DNA from: Mobula hypostoma
Taxonomy: Eukaryota
Length of the DNA stretch: 64,000 nucleotides
Assembly: GCF_963921235.1 (NCBI RefSeq)
Contig: NW_026948140.1
Coordinates: 248,001 to 312,000, forward strand
Direction of reading: 5' to 3'
In this document: positions 12,712-24,959 of the stretch, one piece after another
How the letters are laid out: the number at the start of each line of letters is the position of its first letter
Position numbering within the stretch: position 1 is the stretch's first letter
Program-made: the position numbers and the translations under genes
Notes under the pieces: model-generated
Seen by the model: the letters and a program-made list of their open reading frames with translations, nothing else
Database searches by the model: none
What the model was told of the DNA's origin: nothing

Positions 12712-13848
12712 ATCCAACTCCTTTACTCAGTGTCCTGACTGATGAAGGTCAGTATGTGAAAAGCCCTTTACATTAATCTATTTATCTGTGAGGTTGCTTT
12801 CAGCAAACTGTGCACATGTTCCAGGTCTCTCTCTTCTAATATACTCACTAGTGCCCTACCATTCAAAATATAAGTCCTACACTGGTTTGACTTTCAAAAA
12901 TGCATCACTTCAGGACAACTAGTTGGAGAGTTGGGCCACTCCAGGACAATGGAGGGAATTTATGCTCAAACACTGGATATGGGTAAGATGATACTTTGCA
13001 TCAGTATTCACCAAGGACATAGAACAGTGCAGTGCAGGACCACTCCTTAGGACCACAATGCCTATCTAAATGAATCCCTTCTGCCTACGCAATGTGCCCT
13101 GTACATATATACATGTACTTATCCAAAAGCCTCTTAAAATACCTCTATTAAATTTGCCTTCACTACCCTCACACACCTTAAATGCCTAAGCTCTAACATT
13201 AGAGATTATAGAACATAGAATAGTACTGCACAGTACAGGCCCTTCGGCCCACAATGTTCTGCCGACCCTCAAACCTTGCCTCCCATATAAGCCCCACCTT
13301 AAATTCCTCCATATACCTGTCTAGTAGTATCTTAAGCTTCACGAGTGTATCTGCCTCCACCACTGACTCAGGCAGAGCGTTCCATGCACCAACCACTCTC
13401 TGAGGTAAAAACCTTCCTCTAATATCCTCCTTGAACTTTTCACCCCTTACCTTAAAGCCATGTCCTCTTGTATTGAGCAGTGGTGCCCTGGGGAAGAGGC
13501 GCTGGCTATCTACTCTATCTATTCCTCTTACTATCTTGTACACCTCTATCATGTCTCCTCTCATCCTCCTTCTCTCCAAAGAGTAAAGCCCTAGCTCCCT
13601 TAATCTCTGATCATAATGCATACTCTCTAAACTAGGCATCCTAGTAAATCTCCTCTATACCCTTTCCAATGCTTCCAAATCCTTCCTATAGTGAGGCGAC
13701 CAGAACTGGACACAGTACTCCAAGTGTGGCCTAACCAGAGTTTTATAGAGCTGACAACAGGAATTCTGCAGATGCTGGAAATTCAAGCAACACACATCAA
13801 AGTTGCTGGTGAACGCAGCAGGCCAGGCAGCATCTATAGGAAGAGGCG

Positions 13849-13885
13849 CAGTCGACGTTTCAGGCCGAGCCCCTTCGTCAGGACT
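13849..13885 (-). ncRNA. Minimal type I hammerhead ribozyme motif in Penelope terminal repeat
   Basis: Minus strand agtc-CTGACGA-aggggctcggcct-GAAA-cGTC-gactg: intact catalytic core, stem I agtc/gact, palindromic ACGT stem III. Confidence 0.8.
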
Positions 13886-14499
13886 AACTGAAGGAAGAGT
13901 GAGTAAGGGATTTGAAAGCTGGAGGGGGAGGGGGAGATGCAAAATGATAGGAGAAGACAGGAGGGGGAGAGATAGAGCCGAGAGCTGGACAGGTGATAGG
14001 CAGAAGGGGATATGAGAGGATCATGGGACAGGAGGTCTGGGAAGAAAGACGGAGGGGGGGGTGACCCAGAGGATGGGCAAGAGGTATATTCAGAGGGACA
14101 GAGGGAGAAAAAGGAGAGTGAGAGAAAGAATGTGTGCATAAAAAAGAGTAACAGATGGGGTACGAGGGGGAGGTGGGGCCTAGCGGAAGTTAGAGAAGTC
14201 AATGTTCATGCCATCAGGTTGGAGGCTACCCATACGGAATATAAGGTGTTATTCCTCCAACCTGAGTGTGGCTTCATCTTTACAGTAGAGGAGGCCGTGG
14301 ATAGACATGTCAGAATGGGAATGGGATGTGGAATTAAAATGTGTGGCCACTGGGAGATCCTGCTTTCTCTGGCGGACAGAGCGTAGATGTTCAGCAAAGC
14401 GGTCTCCCAGTCTGCGTCGGGTCTCACCAATATATAAAAGGCCACATCGGGAGCACTGGACGCAGTATATCACCCCAGTCGACTCACAGGTGAAGTGAT

Positions 14500-16480
14500 T
14501 AGCCAGAGAAAGTGGCTCACCTGAGGACTGGGAGAAATTCAGAGTTCAGCAGAGGAGGACAAAGGGCTTAATTAGGAAGGGGAAAAAAGATTATGAGAGA
14601 AAACTGGCAGAGAACATAAAAACGGACTGTAAAAGCTTTTATAGATATGTAAAAAGGAAAAGACTGATAAAGACAAATGTAGGTCCCCTGCAAACAGAAA
14701 CAGGTGAATTGATTATGGGGAGCAAGGACATGGCAGACCAATTGAATAATTACTTTGGTTCTGTCTTCACTAAGGAGGACATAAATAATCTTCCAGAAAT
14801 AGTAAGGGACAGAGGGTCCAGTGAGATGGAGGAACTGAGCGAAATACATGTTAGTAGGGAAGTGGTGTTAGGTAAATTGAAGGGATTGAAGGCAGATAAA
14901 TCCCCAGGGCCAGATGGTCTGCATCCCAGAGTGCTTAAGGAAGTGGCCCAAGAAATAGTGGATGCATTAGTGATAATTTTTCAAAACTCGTTAGATTCTG
15001 GACTAGTTCCTGAGGATTGGAGGGTGGCTAATGTAACCCCACTTTTTAAAAAAGGAGGGAGAGAGAAACCGGGGAATTATAGGCCGGTTAGCCTAACGTC
15101 GGTGGTGGGGAAACTGCTGGAGTCAGTTATCAAGGATGTGATAACAGCACATTTGGAAAGCGGTGAAATGATCGGACAAAGTCAGCATGGATTTGTGAAA
15201 GGAAAATCATGTCTGACGAATCTCATAGAATTTTTTGAGGATGTAACTAGTAGAGTGGATAGGGGAGAACCAGTGGATGTGGTATATTTGGATTTTCAAA
15301 AGGCTTTTGACAAGGTCCCACATAGGAGATTAGTGTGCAAACTTAAAGCACACGGTATTGGGGGTAAGGTATTGGTGTGGGTGGAGAATTGGTTAGCAGA
15401 CAGGAAGCAAAGAGTGGGAATAAACGGGACCTTTTCAGAATGGCAGGCGGTGACTAGTGGGGTACCGCAAGGCTCAGTGCTGGGACCCCAGTTGTTTACA
15501 ATATATATTAATGACTTGGATGAGGGAATTAAATGCAGCATCTCCAAGTTTGCGGATGACACGAAGCTGGGTGGCAGTGTTAGCAGTGAGGAGGATGCTA
15601 AGAGGATGCAGGGTGACTTGGATAGGTTGGGTGAGTGGGCAAACTCATGGCAGATGCAATTTAATGTGGATAAATGTGAAGTTATCCACTTTGGTGGCAA
15701 AAATAGGAAAACAGATTATTATCTGAATGGTGGCCGATTAGGAAAAGGGGAGGTGCAACGAGACCTGGGTGTCATTATACACCAGTCATTGAAAGTGGGC
15801 ATGCAGGTACAGCAGGCGGTGAAAAAGGCGAACGGTATGCTGGCATTTATAGCGAGAGGATTCGAGTACAGGAGCAGGGAGGTACTACTGCAGTTGTACA
15901 AGGCCTTGGTGAGACCACACCTGGAGTATTGTGTGCAGTTTTGGTCCCCTAATCTGAGGAAAGACATCTTTGCCATAGAGGGAGTACAAAGAAGGTTCAC
16001 CAGATTGATTCCTGGGATGGCAGGTCTTTCATATGAAGAAAGACTGGATGAACTGGGCTTGTACTCGTTGGAATTTAGAAGATTGAGGGGGGATCTGATT
16101 GAAACGTATAAGATCCTAAAGGGATTGGACAGGCTAGATGCAGGAAGATTGTTCCCGATGTTGGGGAGGTCTAGAACGAGGGGTCACAGTTTGAGGATAG
16201 AGGGGAAGCCTTTTAGGACCGAGGTTAGGAAAAACTTCTTCACACAGAGAGTGGTGAATCTGTGGAATTCTCTGCCACAGCAAACTGTTGAGGCCAGTTC
16301 ATTAGCTATGTTTAAAAGGAAGTTAGATATGGCCCTTGTGGCTACAGGGGTCAGGGGGTATGGAGGGAAGGCTGGGTTCTGAGTTGGATGATCAGCCATG
16401 ATCATAATAAATGGCGGTGCAGGCTCGAAGGGCCGAATGGCCTACTCCTGCACCTATTTTCTATGTTTCTATGTTTCTAT
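14500..16480 (+). mobile_element. CR1 subfamily C, 5'-truncated, uninterrupted RT frame (young)
   Basis: 557-aa ORF 14709-16382 without stops; (tttctatg)n tail; TSD gtgat at 14495-14499 and 16481-16485. Confidence 0.96.
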
Positions 16481-19400
16481 GTGATGCCTCACCTGGAAGG
16501 ACTGTTTGGGGCCCTGAATGGTGCTAAGGGAGGAAGTGTAAGGGCATGTGTAGCACTTGTTCCGCTTACACGGATAAGTGCCAGGAGGGAGATCAGTGGG
16601 GAGGGATGGGGGGGCGAATGGACAAGGGAGTTGTGTAGGGAGCGATCCCTGCGGAATGCAGAGGGGGGGGGAGGGAAAGATATGCTTAGTGGTGGGATCC
16701 CGTTGGAGGTGGCGGAAGTTACGGAGAATAATATGTTGGACCCGGAGGCTGGTGGGGTGGTAGGTGAGAACCAGGGGAACCCTATTCCTAGTGGGGTGGT
16801 GGGAGGATGGAGTGAGAGCAGATGTACGTGAAATGGGGGAGATGCGTTTAAGAGCAGAGTTGATAGTGGAGGAAGGGAAGCCCCTTTCTTTAAAAAATGA
16901 AGACATCTCCCTCGTCCTAGAATGAAAAGCCTCATCCTGAGAGCAGATGCGGTGGAGACGGAGGAATTGCGAGAAGGGGATGGCGTTTTTGCAAGAGACA
17001 GGGTGAGAAGAGGAATAGTCCAGATAGCTGTGAGAGTCAGTAGGCTTATAGTAGACATCAGTGGATAAGCTGTCTCCAGAGACAGAGACAGAAAGATCTA
17101 GAAAGGGGAGGGAGGTGTCGGAAATGGACCAGGTAAACTTGAGGGCAGGGTGAAAGTTGGAGACAAAGTTAATAAAGTCAACGAGTTCTGCATGCGTGCA
17201 GGAAGCAGCGCCAATGCAGTCGTCGATGTAGCGAAGGAAAAGTGGGGGACAGATACCAGAATAGGCACGGAACATAGATTGTTCCACAAACCCAACAAAA
17301 AGGCAGGCATAGCTAGGACCCATACGGGTGCCCATAGCTACACCTTTAGTTTGGAGGAAATGGGAGGAGCAAAAGGAGAAATTATTAAGAGTAAGGACTA
17401 ATTCTGCTAGATGGAGCAGAGTGGTGGTAGAGGGGAACTGATTAGGTCTGGAATCCAAAAAGAAGCGTAGAGCTTTGAGACCTTCCTGATGGGGGATGGA
17501 AGTATATAGGGACTGGACATCCATGGTGAAAATAAAGCGGTGGGGGCCAGGGAACTTAAAATCATCGAAAAGTTTAAGAGCGTGAGAAGTGTCACGAACA
17601 TAGGTCGGAAGGGATTGAACAAGGGGTGATAAAACAGTGTCGAGGTATGCTGCATCATTACATCACGACTCTTAAACTCTATCCCTCGACTTATGAAAGC
17701 TAACACCCCATAAGCTTTCTTAACTACCCTATCCACCTGTGAGGCAACTTTCAGGGGTCTGTGGACATGTACCCCGAGATCCCTCTGCTCCTCCACACTA
17801 CCAAGTATCCTGACATTTACTTTGTACTCTGCCTTGGACTTTGTTCTTCCAAAGTGTACCACCTCACACTTCTCTGGGTTTAACTCCATCTGCCACTTCT
17901 CAGCCCACTTCTGCATCCTATCAATGTCTCTCTGCAATCTTTGACAATTCTCTACACTATCTACAACACCACCAACATTTATGTCATCTGCAAACTTGCC
18001 AACCCACCCTTCTACCCCCACATCCAGGTCGTTAATAAAAATCACGAAAAGTAGAGGTCCCAGAACAGATCCTTGTGGGACTCCACTAGTCACAATCCTC
18101 CAATCTGAATATACTCCCTCCACCATGACCCTCTGCGTTCTGCAGGCAAGCCAATTCTGAATCCACCTGGCCAAACTTCCCTGGATCCCATGCCTTCTGA
18201 CTTTCTGAATAAGACTACTGTGTGGAACCTTGTCAAATGCCTTACTAAAATCCATGTAGATTACATCCACTGCACTATCCTCATCTATATGCCTGGTCAC
18301 CTCCTCAAAGAACTCTATCAAGCTTGTTAGACACGATCTGCCCTTCACAAAGCCATGCTGACTGTCCCTGATCAGACCATTCTCTAAATGCCCATGATTC
18401 TCTAAACGCCCAGAGATCCTATCTCTAAGAATTTTTTCCAACAGCTTTCCCACCACAGACGTACGGCTCACTGGTCTATAATTACCCGGACTATCCCTAC
18501 TACCTTTTTTGAACAAGGGAACAACATTCGCCTCCCTCCAATCCTCTGGTACCATTCCCATGGACAACGAGGACATAAAGATCCTAGACAGAGGCTCAGC
18601 AATCTCTTCCCTCACCTCGTGGAGCAGCCTGGGGAATATTCCATCAGGCCCCGGGGTCTTATCCGTCCTAATGTATTTTAACAACTCCAACACCTCCTCT
18701 CTCTTAATATCAACATGCTCCAGAACATCAACCTCACTCGTATTGTCCTCACCGTCATCAAGTTCCCTCTCATTGGTGAATACCAAAGAGAAGTATTCAT
18801 TGAGGACATCGCTCACTTCCACAGCCTCCAGGCACATCTTCCCACCTTTATCTCTAATCGGTCCTACCTTCACTCCTGTTATCCTTTCGTTCTTCACATA
18901 ATTGAAGAATGCCTTAGTGTTTTCCTTTAATCTACTCGCCAAGGCCTTCTCTTGCCCGCTTCTTGCTCTTCTCAGCCCCTTCTTAAGCTCCTTTCTTGCT
19001 TCCCTATATTCCTCAATAGACCCATCTGATCCTTGCTTCCTAAACTTCATGTGTGCTGCCTTCTTCCACCTAACCTGATTTTCCACCTCACTTGTCACCC
19101 ATGGTTCCTTCGCCCTACCATTCTTTATCTTCCTCACCGGGACAAATTTATCCCTAACATCCTGCAAGAGATCTCTAAATATCGAACACATGTCCATAGT
19201 ACATTTCCCTGCAAAAATATCATCCCAATTCACACCCGCAAGTTCTAGCCTTATAGCCATAATTTGCCCTTGCCAAATAAAAATTTTCCTGTCCTTTCTG
19301 ATTCTATCCTTTTCCATGATAATGCTAAAGGCCAGGGAGCAGTAGTCACTGTCACCCAGATGCTCACCCACTGAGAGATCTGTGACCTGACCCGGTTCAT

Positions 19401-21056
19401 TACCTAGTACTAGATCTAGTATGGCATTCCCCCTGGTCGGCCTGTCCACATACTGTGACAGGAATCCGTCCTGGACACACTTAACAAACTCTGCCCCATC
19501 TAAACCCTTGGAACTAATCAGGTGCCAATCAATATTAGGGAAGTTAAAGTCACCCATGATAACAACCCTGTTATTTTTGCACCTTTCCAAAATCTGCCTC
19601 CCAATCTGCTCCTCTGTATCTCTGCTGCTACCAGGTGGCCTATAGAATACCCTCAACAGAGTAACTGCTCCCTTCCTGTTCCTGACTTCCACCCATACTG
19701 ACTCAAAAGAGGATCCTGCTACATTACCCACCCTTTCTGTAGCTGTAATAGTATCCCTGACCAGTAATGCCACCCCTCCTCCCCTTTTTCCACCCTCTCT
19801 ATCCCTTTTAAAGCACTGAAATCCAGGAATATTGAGAATCCATTCCTGCCCTGGTGCCAGCCAAGTCTCTGTAATGGCCACTACATCATAATTCCATGTA
19901 TGTATCCAAGCTCTCAGTTCATCACCTTTGTTCCTGATGCTTCTTGCATTGAGGTACACACATTTCAGCCCTTCTACCTTACTGCCTTTACACTGTTTAT
20001 TCTGCTTCTCTTTTCTCAAAGCCTCTCTGTATGTTAGACCTGGCTTTACTCCAGGCACTTCTTTCACTGCTCTATCGCTCTGGGTCCCATCCCCCTTGCA
20101 AATTAGTTTAAACCCTCCTGAACCATGCTAGCAAACCTACCTGCAAGGATAATGCTCCCCTTCGAGTTCAGGTGCAACCCATCCAATCTGCACAAGTCCC
20201 ACCTTCCCCAGAAGTGATCTCAATGATCCAAAAATCTAAAACCCTGCTCCCTGCACCAACTCCTCAGCCACGCATTCAACTGCCATCTCCTCCAATTCTT
20301 ACCATCACTGTCATGTAGCACTGGCAGAAATCTTGAGAGCACCACCCTTGAGGTCCTGTTCTTCAGCCTTCTGCCTAGTTCCCAAAACTCACACTTCAGG
20401 ACCTCATCCTTCTTCCTGCCTATGTCATTGGTCCCAACATGTATCACGACTTCTGGATGCTTTCCCTCTCGTACCAGGATGTCGTGCACCCGGTCAGAGA
20501 CATCCGGGACCCTGGCACCCGGGAGGCAACAAACCATGCGGGTGTCCTTCTCACGTCCACAAAATCTCCTGTCTGCTCCTCTGACTATAGAGTCTCCAAT
20601 GACGACAGCTCTCCTCTTCTCCGTCCCACACTTTTGCACCATAGGGTCAGGCTCGGTGCCAAAGGCCGTGCCACCGTGGCTCACACCTGGTCGGTCGTCC
20701 CCGCCAACAGTATCCAGGACGGTAAACTTATTATTCAGGGGAATGGCTGCAGGGGTGCTCTGCACTACCTGTCTGCTCACCTTCACTTTTCCCCCTCTGA
20801 CTGTCACCCAACGACCTGCTTCCGACAGCCTAGGTGTGACTACCTCTCTGTAGCTCTCATCTATGACTGCCTCATTCTGCCTTATGAGTCGAAGGTCATC
20901 CAGCTGTATCTTTTGGCATTGTCTGTCTATGTAATGCGAATAGCAGTGGACATTGTGGGTTAGTGTTGTGTTTTTCAGTGGAAAAGCACGCATTTGACGC
21001 TGATTGCGGGATTGGTGCGTGATTTACATTGTGCGCTGTGGGTCGGATGCTCTGTT

Positions 21057-22222
21057 AGAAACCATAGAAACTACGGCACAGAAACAGGCCTTTTGGCCCT
21101 TCTTGGCTGTGCTGAACCATTTTCTGCCTAGTCCCACTGACCTGCACACGGACCTTATCCCTCCATACACCTCCCATCCATGTATCTGTCCAATTTATTC
21201 TTAAATGTTGATAAAGAACCCACGTTTACCACCTCATCTGGCAGCTCATTCCATACTCCCACCACTCTCTGTGTGAAGGAGACCCCGCTAAAGTTCCCTT
21301 TAAACTTTTCCCGCCTCACCCTTAACCCATGTTCTCTGGTTTTTTTTCTCCCCTTGCCTCAGTGGAAAAAGCCTGCTTGCATTCACTCTGTCTATACCCA
21401 TCATAATTTTATATACCTCTATCAAATCTCCCCTCATTCTTCTACGCTCCAGGGAATAAAATTCTGACCTATTCAACCTTTCTCTGTAACTGAGTTTCTC
21501 AAGTCCTGGCAACGTCCTTGTAAACCTTCTCTGCACTCTTTCAACCTTATTTATATCCTTCCTGTAATTTGGTGACCAAAACTGAACACAATACTCCAGA
21601 TTTGGCCTCACCAATGCCTTATACAACCTCATCATAACATTCCAGCTCTTATACTCAATACTTTGATTAATTAGGACCTATGTACCAAAAGTTCTCTTTA
21701 CGACCCTATCTACCTGTGACACCACTTTTAGGGAATTTTGTATCTGTATTCCCAGATCCCTCTGTTCCACTGCGCTCCTCAGTGCCTTACCATTAACCCT
21801 GTATGTTCTACATTGGTTTGTCCTTCCAACGTGCAATACCTCACACTTGTCTGTATTAAACTCCATCTGCCATTTTTCAGCCCATTTTTCCAGCTGGTCC
21901 AAGTCCCTCTGCAGGCTCCGAAAACCTTCCTCACAGTCTACTACACCTCCAATCTTTGTATCATCAGCAAATTTGCTGATCCAATTTACCACATTATCAT
22001 CCAGATCATTGATATAGATGACAAATAACAATGGACCCAGCACTGATCCCTGTGGCACACCACTAGTCACAGGCCTCCACTCAGAGAAGCAATTCTCTAC
22101 TACCACTCTTTGGCTTCTTCCATTGAACCAATGTCTAATCCAATTTACCACCTCTCCATGTATACCTAGCGACTGAGTTTTCCTAACTAACCTCCCATGC
22201 GGGACCTTGTCAAAGGCCTTAC
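21057..22222 (-). mobile_element. CR1 subfamily D 3' part (RT to tail)
   Basis: ORFs 21678-22286 ([21 protein letters not shown]) and 21300-21635; tagaaacca tail. Confidence 0.92.
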
Positions 22223-22502
22223 TGTTGGTTTGTTTGTTTATGCTCCGTGTTGCCTGGGTTGTCTCTGATGCTGTTGACACTGTCACAGTTCACTTCTATA
22301 TTATATCTATCAATTGCTGTTGCTTGTGAATCAACAGAGGCATTTATAGTAGGCACATAATGCTTGAAACTGACTTTCGAATGCCATGCATCTGGCCTTG
22401 CGAATACATATTACCATAGGGTACATCCCTCAGCACCATTACTGAATAATTCAGCCCCACTGTAGCACCAGCAAGAAAAAATCTCGGCGCCACTGCTGCC
22501 GC

Positions 22503-22635
22503 CCACTTCCTTTATAGGGCCTCTGCCCCCTCCCTCTTCAGTCCTGACAAAGGGTTCCGGCCCGAAACGTTGACTGCTCATTTCCATGGATGCTGCCCGG
22601 CCTGCTGAGTTCCTCCAGCGTGTTGTGCGTGTTGC
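22503..22635 (+). mobile_element. Penelope terminal-repeat fragment (type 2) with mutated hammerhead
   Basis: cagtc-CTGACAA-agggttccggccc-GAAA-cgtt-gactg at 22539-22576, then gatgctgcccggcctgctgagttcctccagc. Confidence 0.8.
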
Positions 22636-22835
22636 CAGATCGTTGCTCGTTGCTTCAGCCAGTGTGGTAAATCACGTTCTCGACCGCCTAGAATTGTGTA
22701 TTCCAAGTTCTGTTTCTGCGTTGTTTGCCTGTGTTAACTCAGTCTCTCGGCCGCCTAGAACTGTGTATTCTAAGCAACACACATCAAAGTTGCTGGTGAA
22801 CGCAGCAGGCCAGGCAGCATCTCTAGGAAGAGGTA

Positions 22836-22872
22836 CAGTCGACGTTTCAAGCCGAGACCCTTCATCAGGACT
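22836..22872 (-). ncRNA. Minimal hammerhead ribozyme motif
   Basis: Minus strand agtc-CTGATGA-agggtctcggctt-GAAA-cGTC-gactg. Confidence 0.75.
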
Positions 22873-23255
22873 AACTGAAGGAAGAGTAAGGGATTTGAAA
22901 GTTGGAGGGGGAGGGGGAGATCCAAAATGATAGGAGAAGACAGGAGGGGGAAGGGATGGAGCCAAGAGCTGGACAGGTGATAGGCAAAGGGGATAGAGAG
23001 GATCATGGGACAGGAGGTCCGGGAAGAAAGACGGGGAGGGGGAACCAGAGGATGGGCAAGGGGCATATTCAGAGGGACCGAGGGAGAAAAAGGAGAGTGA
23101 GAGAAAGAATGTGTATAAAAATAAGTAACAGATGGGGTACGAGGGGGAGGTGGGGCATTAGCGGAAGTTAGAGAAGTCGATGTTCATGCCATCAGGTTGA
23201 AGGCTACCCAGACGGAACATAAGGCCCTGATCCCTTACTCACTCTTCCTTCAGTT

Positions 23256-23292
23256 AGTCCTGACGAAGGGTCTCGGCCTGAAACGTCGACTG
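23256..23292 (+). ncRNA. Minimal hammerhead ribozyme motif
   Basis: agtc-CTGACGA-agggtctcggcct-GAAA-cGTC-gactg; predicted cleavage after position 23287. Confidence 0.82.
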
Positions 23293-23709
23293 TACCTCTT
23301 CCTAGAGATGCTGCCTGGCCTGCTGCGTTCACCAGCAACTTTGATGTGTGTTGCTTGAATTTCCAGCATCTGCAGAATTCCTGTTGTCTGTGTATTCTAA
23401 GTTTTGTTTTGCGCTGTTGTTTCGCTTTGTTAACTCTGCCTCTCCGTGTTAACAGGAGCATGGCATGCCGCCCACCGTTCTCCTCCCGCCACACCTCATC
23501 CCGCCGCCCGTCTGCACTCTCCGCCGGATCAGCGGTTAAACGCTGCGTTCTCATCGTAGTGACCTGGGTTTGATCCCTGATCCAGCCTCGCTCACTCCTC
23601 GGCTTTCCTCTGCCTAATCCTCGCTCCCCGGCCTTCTCTGCAACCATTAATACACACTCTTCTGATTAAGTGTCCTGCGTTTGGGTTCGCCCGTTTTCCG
23701 TGCAACACA

Positions 23710-24050
23710 GGCACAGTAATACTGGACAAGGAATGGAAGAAAGCAATAGTAATATAGCAATCCTGTAACATCAGGAAGAAAGATTGTGAGAAGCTGGAGA
23801 AAAACTAGGGATTGAAAGAGCAGATAGAAAGGATGTGGAAGGTCAAAACCAGAGTAATCCCGGTGGTGATAGGGGCACTTGGGGCTGTTACACCTGGACT
23901 GGGAGAGTAGCTTCAACAAATCCCGGGAACAACATCTGAGGTCTCGGTCCAGAAGAGCGCACTACTCGGAACAGCAAGGATACTGTGCTGAACCCGAGAC
24001 TGAGGGAAAAATCGCGCACACCACGCATGAGGGGTGACTATATATATATA
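23710..24050 (+). mobile_element. R4/Dong (Rex6-like) non-LTR element 3' end with restriction-like endonuclease remnant
   Basis: Manual translation across frameshifts and stops: VILDKEWKKAIVI...NIRKK..EKLEK..GLKEQIERMWKVKTRVIPVVIGALGAVTP...VQKSALLGTARIL; followed by (ta)n. Confidence 0.8.
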
Positions 24051-24537
24051 ATACCCTGTGTATTATATTCAATAAATAAAAAATAATTATTTACCAAATT
24101 CCTAGGTGAGACAAGAACTGTATTCTGAAATCATATTTGCGTTTAGCTTCAAGCAATTTAACATAAACAAAAAATTCTGAGGAAGCAACACTTCCTGCTT
24201 TTTTTTTCTGTCAGTGATATTGATAATGGTTTAATTCCCCCATATACTGATTACGGGTGGAGATCCCAGGAGCTTCGGCGCCCGGTGGATTTGGCGGTCC
24301 TGCGAACTTTTCATCGGCACTTCGTTCCCAGGGCTGCCGCCGATGAGGATTTAACTGGCGAAGGTTCCTCCCCACGGGAGTCACCTCTTCCCGCTCGACA
24401 TTATCCGTGCATCCCTGCGTCTCCTCTTCCCCAGCCCGACTGCCAGCCCCGTTTCTCCCCGACTAGTGTCACCCATCCCCATCTCTAGAGTTCTTTCCCT
24501 TCTGTTTGCAGTCATTCCATCACCGATCCCTCCTCAC

Positions 24538-24696
24538 CTTAATCGAATACACCATGGCAGTTAAGCCCAAGCAGCAGAAATTCATGTAGAACAGATTGAA
24601 GATGGACCAGGGCAGGTGATCGTGGACGGGAATCACGGCAGGCACCACCTGAACCGTGCGAGGAGCCATTGAGACCTGGTCACTTCTGTACTCCAT
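24538..24696 (-). CDS. Coding exon 1 of an IFITM/dispanin (CD225 family) gene, 53 codons
   Basis: MEYRSDQVSMAPRTVQVVPAVIPVHDHLPWSIFNLFYMNFCCLGLTAMVYSIK carries the CD225 signature (DH..WS.FN...N.CCLG..A..YS.K). It ends at the donor AAG|GTGAG at the conserved IFITM intron position; Kozak context agaATGG; CpG-rich surroundings. Confidence 0.9.
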
Positions 24697-24850
24697 TCTG
24701 GACTGGTGCGGGACAGCGGGGAGTGCAGGCAAGATGCGAAAAGGAGGGTTTCTCGAAACCAACGAACTGCGTAAACAGGTCAACAGAGGCGCGTGTGCTG
24801 GCACTCCAGATTTAGGAGGCGTGGCAAACGTTAACTGGGTGTGATGTGAC
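24697..24850 (-). promoter_or_regulatory. Putative 5'UTR/promoter of the IFITM-like gene with a GAS/ISRE-like palindrome
   Basis: CpG-rich non-TE sequence; ggtttc-tc-gaaacc at 24747-24760 fits TTNCNNNAA on the minus strand; adjacent gaaac/gaact half sites. Confidence 0.4.
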
Positions 24851-24959
24851 GATTGGACATGGGTGAACTAATTCCTCCTTCACCTGTGCTCCATGCCCCA
24901 CCATTCAGACGCGACAGAACTACAGAATTAAGTGATGGTAAGGACCCTGTATTTGGAGA

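Larger units (their letters stand above)
13754..17648 (-). mobile_element. Penelope-like element A (RT, GIY-YIG endonuclease, terminal repeat), 5'-truncated, split by CR1-C
   Basis: MDVQSLYTSI, GVAMGTRMGPSYA, LRYIDD, YYKPTD, Cys linker PCKRNKCYTC, and IYCVQCSRCGLLYIGET (ORF 14249-14473). Confidence 0.95.
13208..20906 (-). mobile_element. CR1 subfamily A, near full length (13208-13753 plus 17649-20906), split by a Penelope element
   Basis: ORF1 esterase in 20220-20906 (VIGDSIV, HVGTND); ORF2 open from 20067 to the junction at 17649 (APE and RT); C-terminus in ORF 13199-13639; gctg at both junctions. Confidence 0.95.
22775..23387 (-). mobile_element. Short Penelope insertion: 3' end (minus) plus inverted terminal repeat (plus)
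   Basis: 22775-22895 and 23228-23354 are inverted copies; TSD ctgtgtattctaag at 22761-22774 and 23388-23401. Confidence 0.92.
22636..23707 (+). mobile_element. Possible LTR remnant, interrupted by Penelope 22775-23387
   Basis: Non-coding; ~70-bp internal duplication (ccgcctagaa...gttaactc); ends tgcgtttgggttc...gcaaca, resembling fish Gypsy LTR ends. 5' boundary unclear. Confidence 0.35.

Noticed and set aside
17407..20067. 886-aa ORF as a novel fusion protein
   Set aside because: It is CR1 ORF2 reading through the junction at 17649 into an off-frame of Penelope sequence.
22224..22500. Unique-looking intronic stretch (also 20907-21056) as candidate IFITM exon 2
   Set aside because: Minus-strand reading shows no CD225 exon 2 motif; left unassigned.
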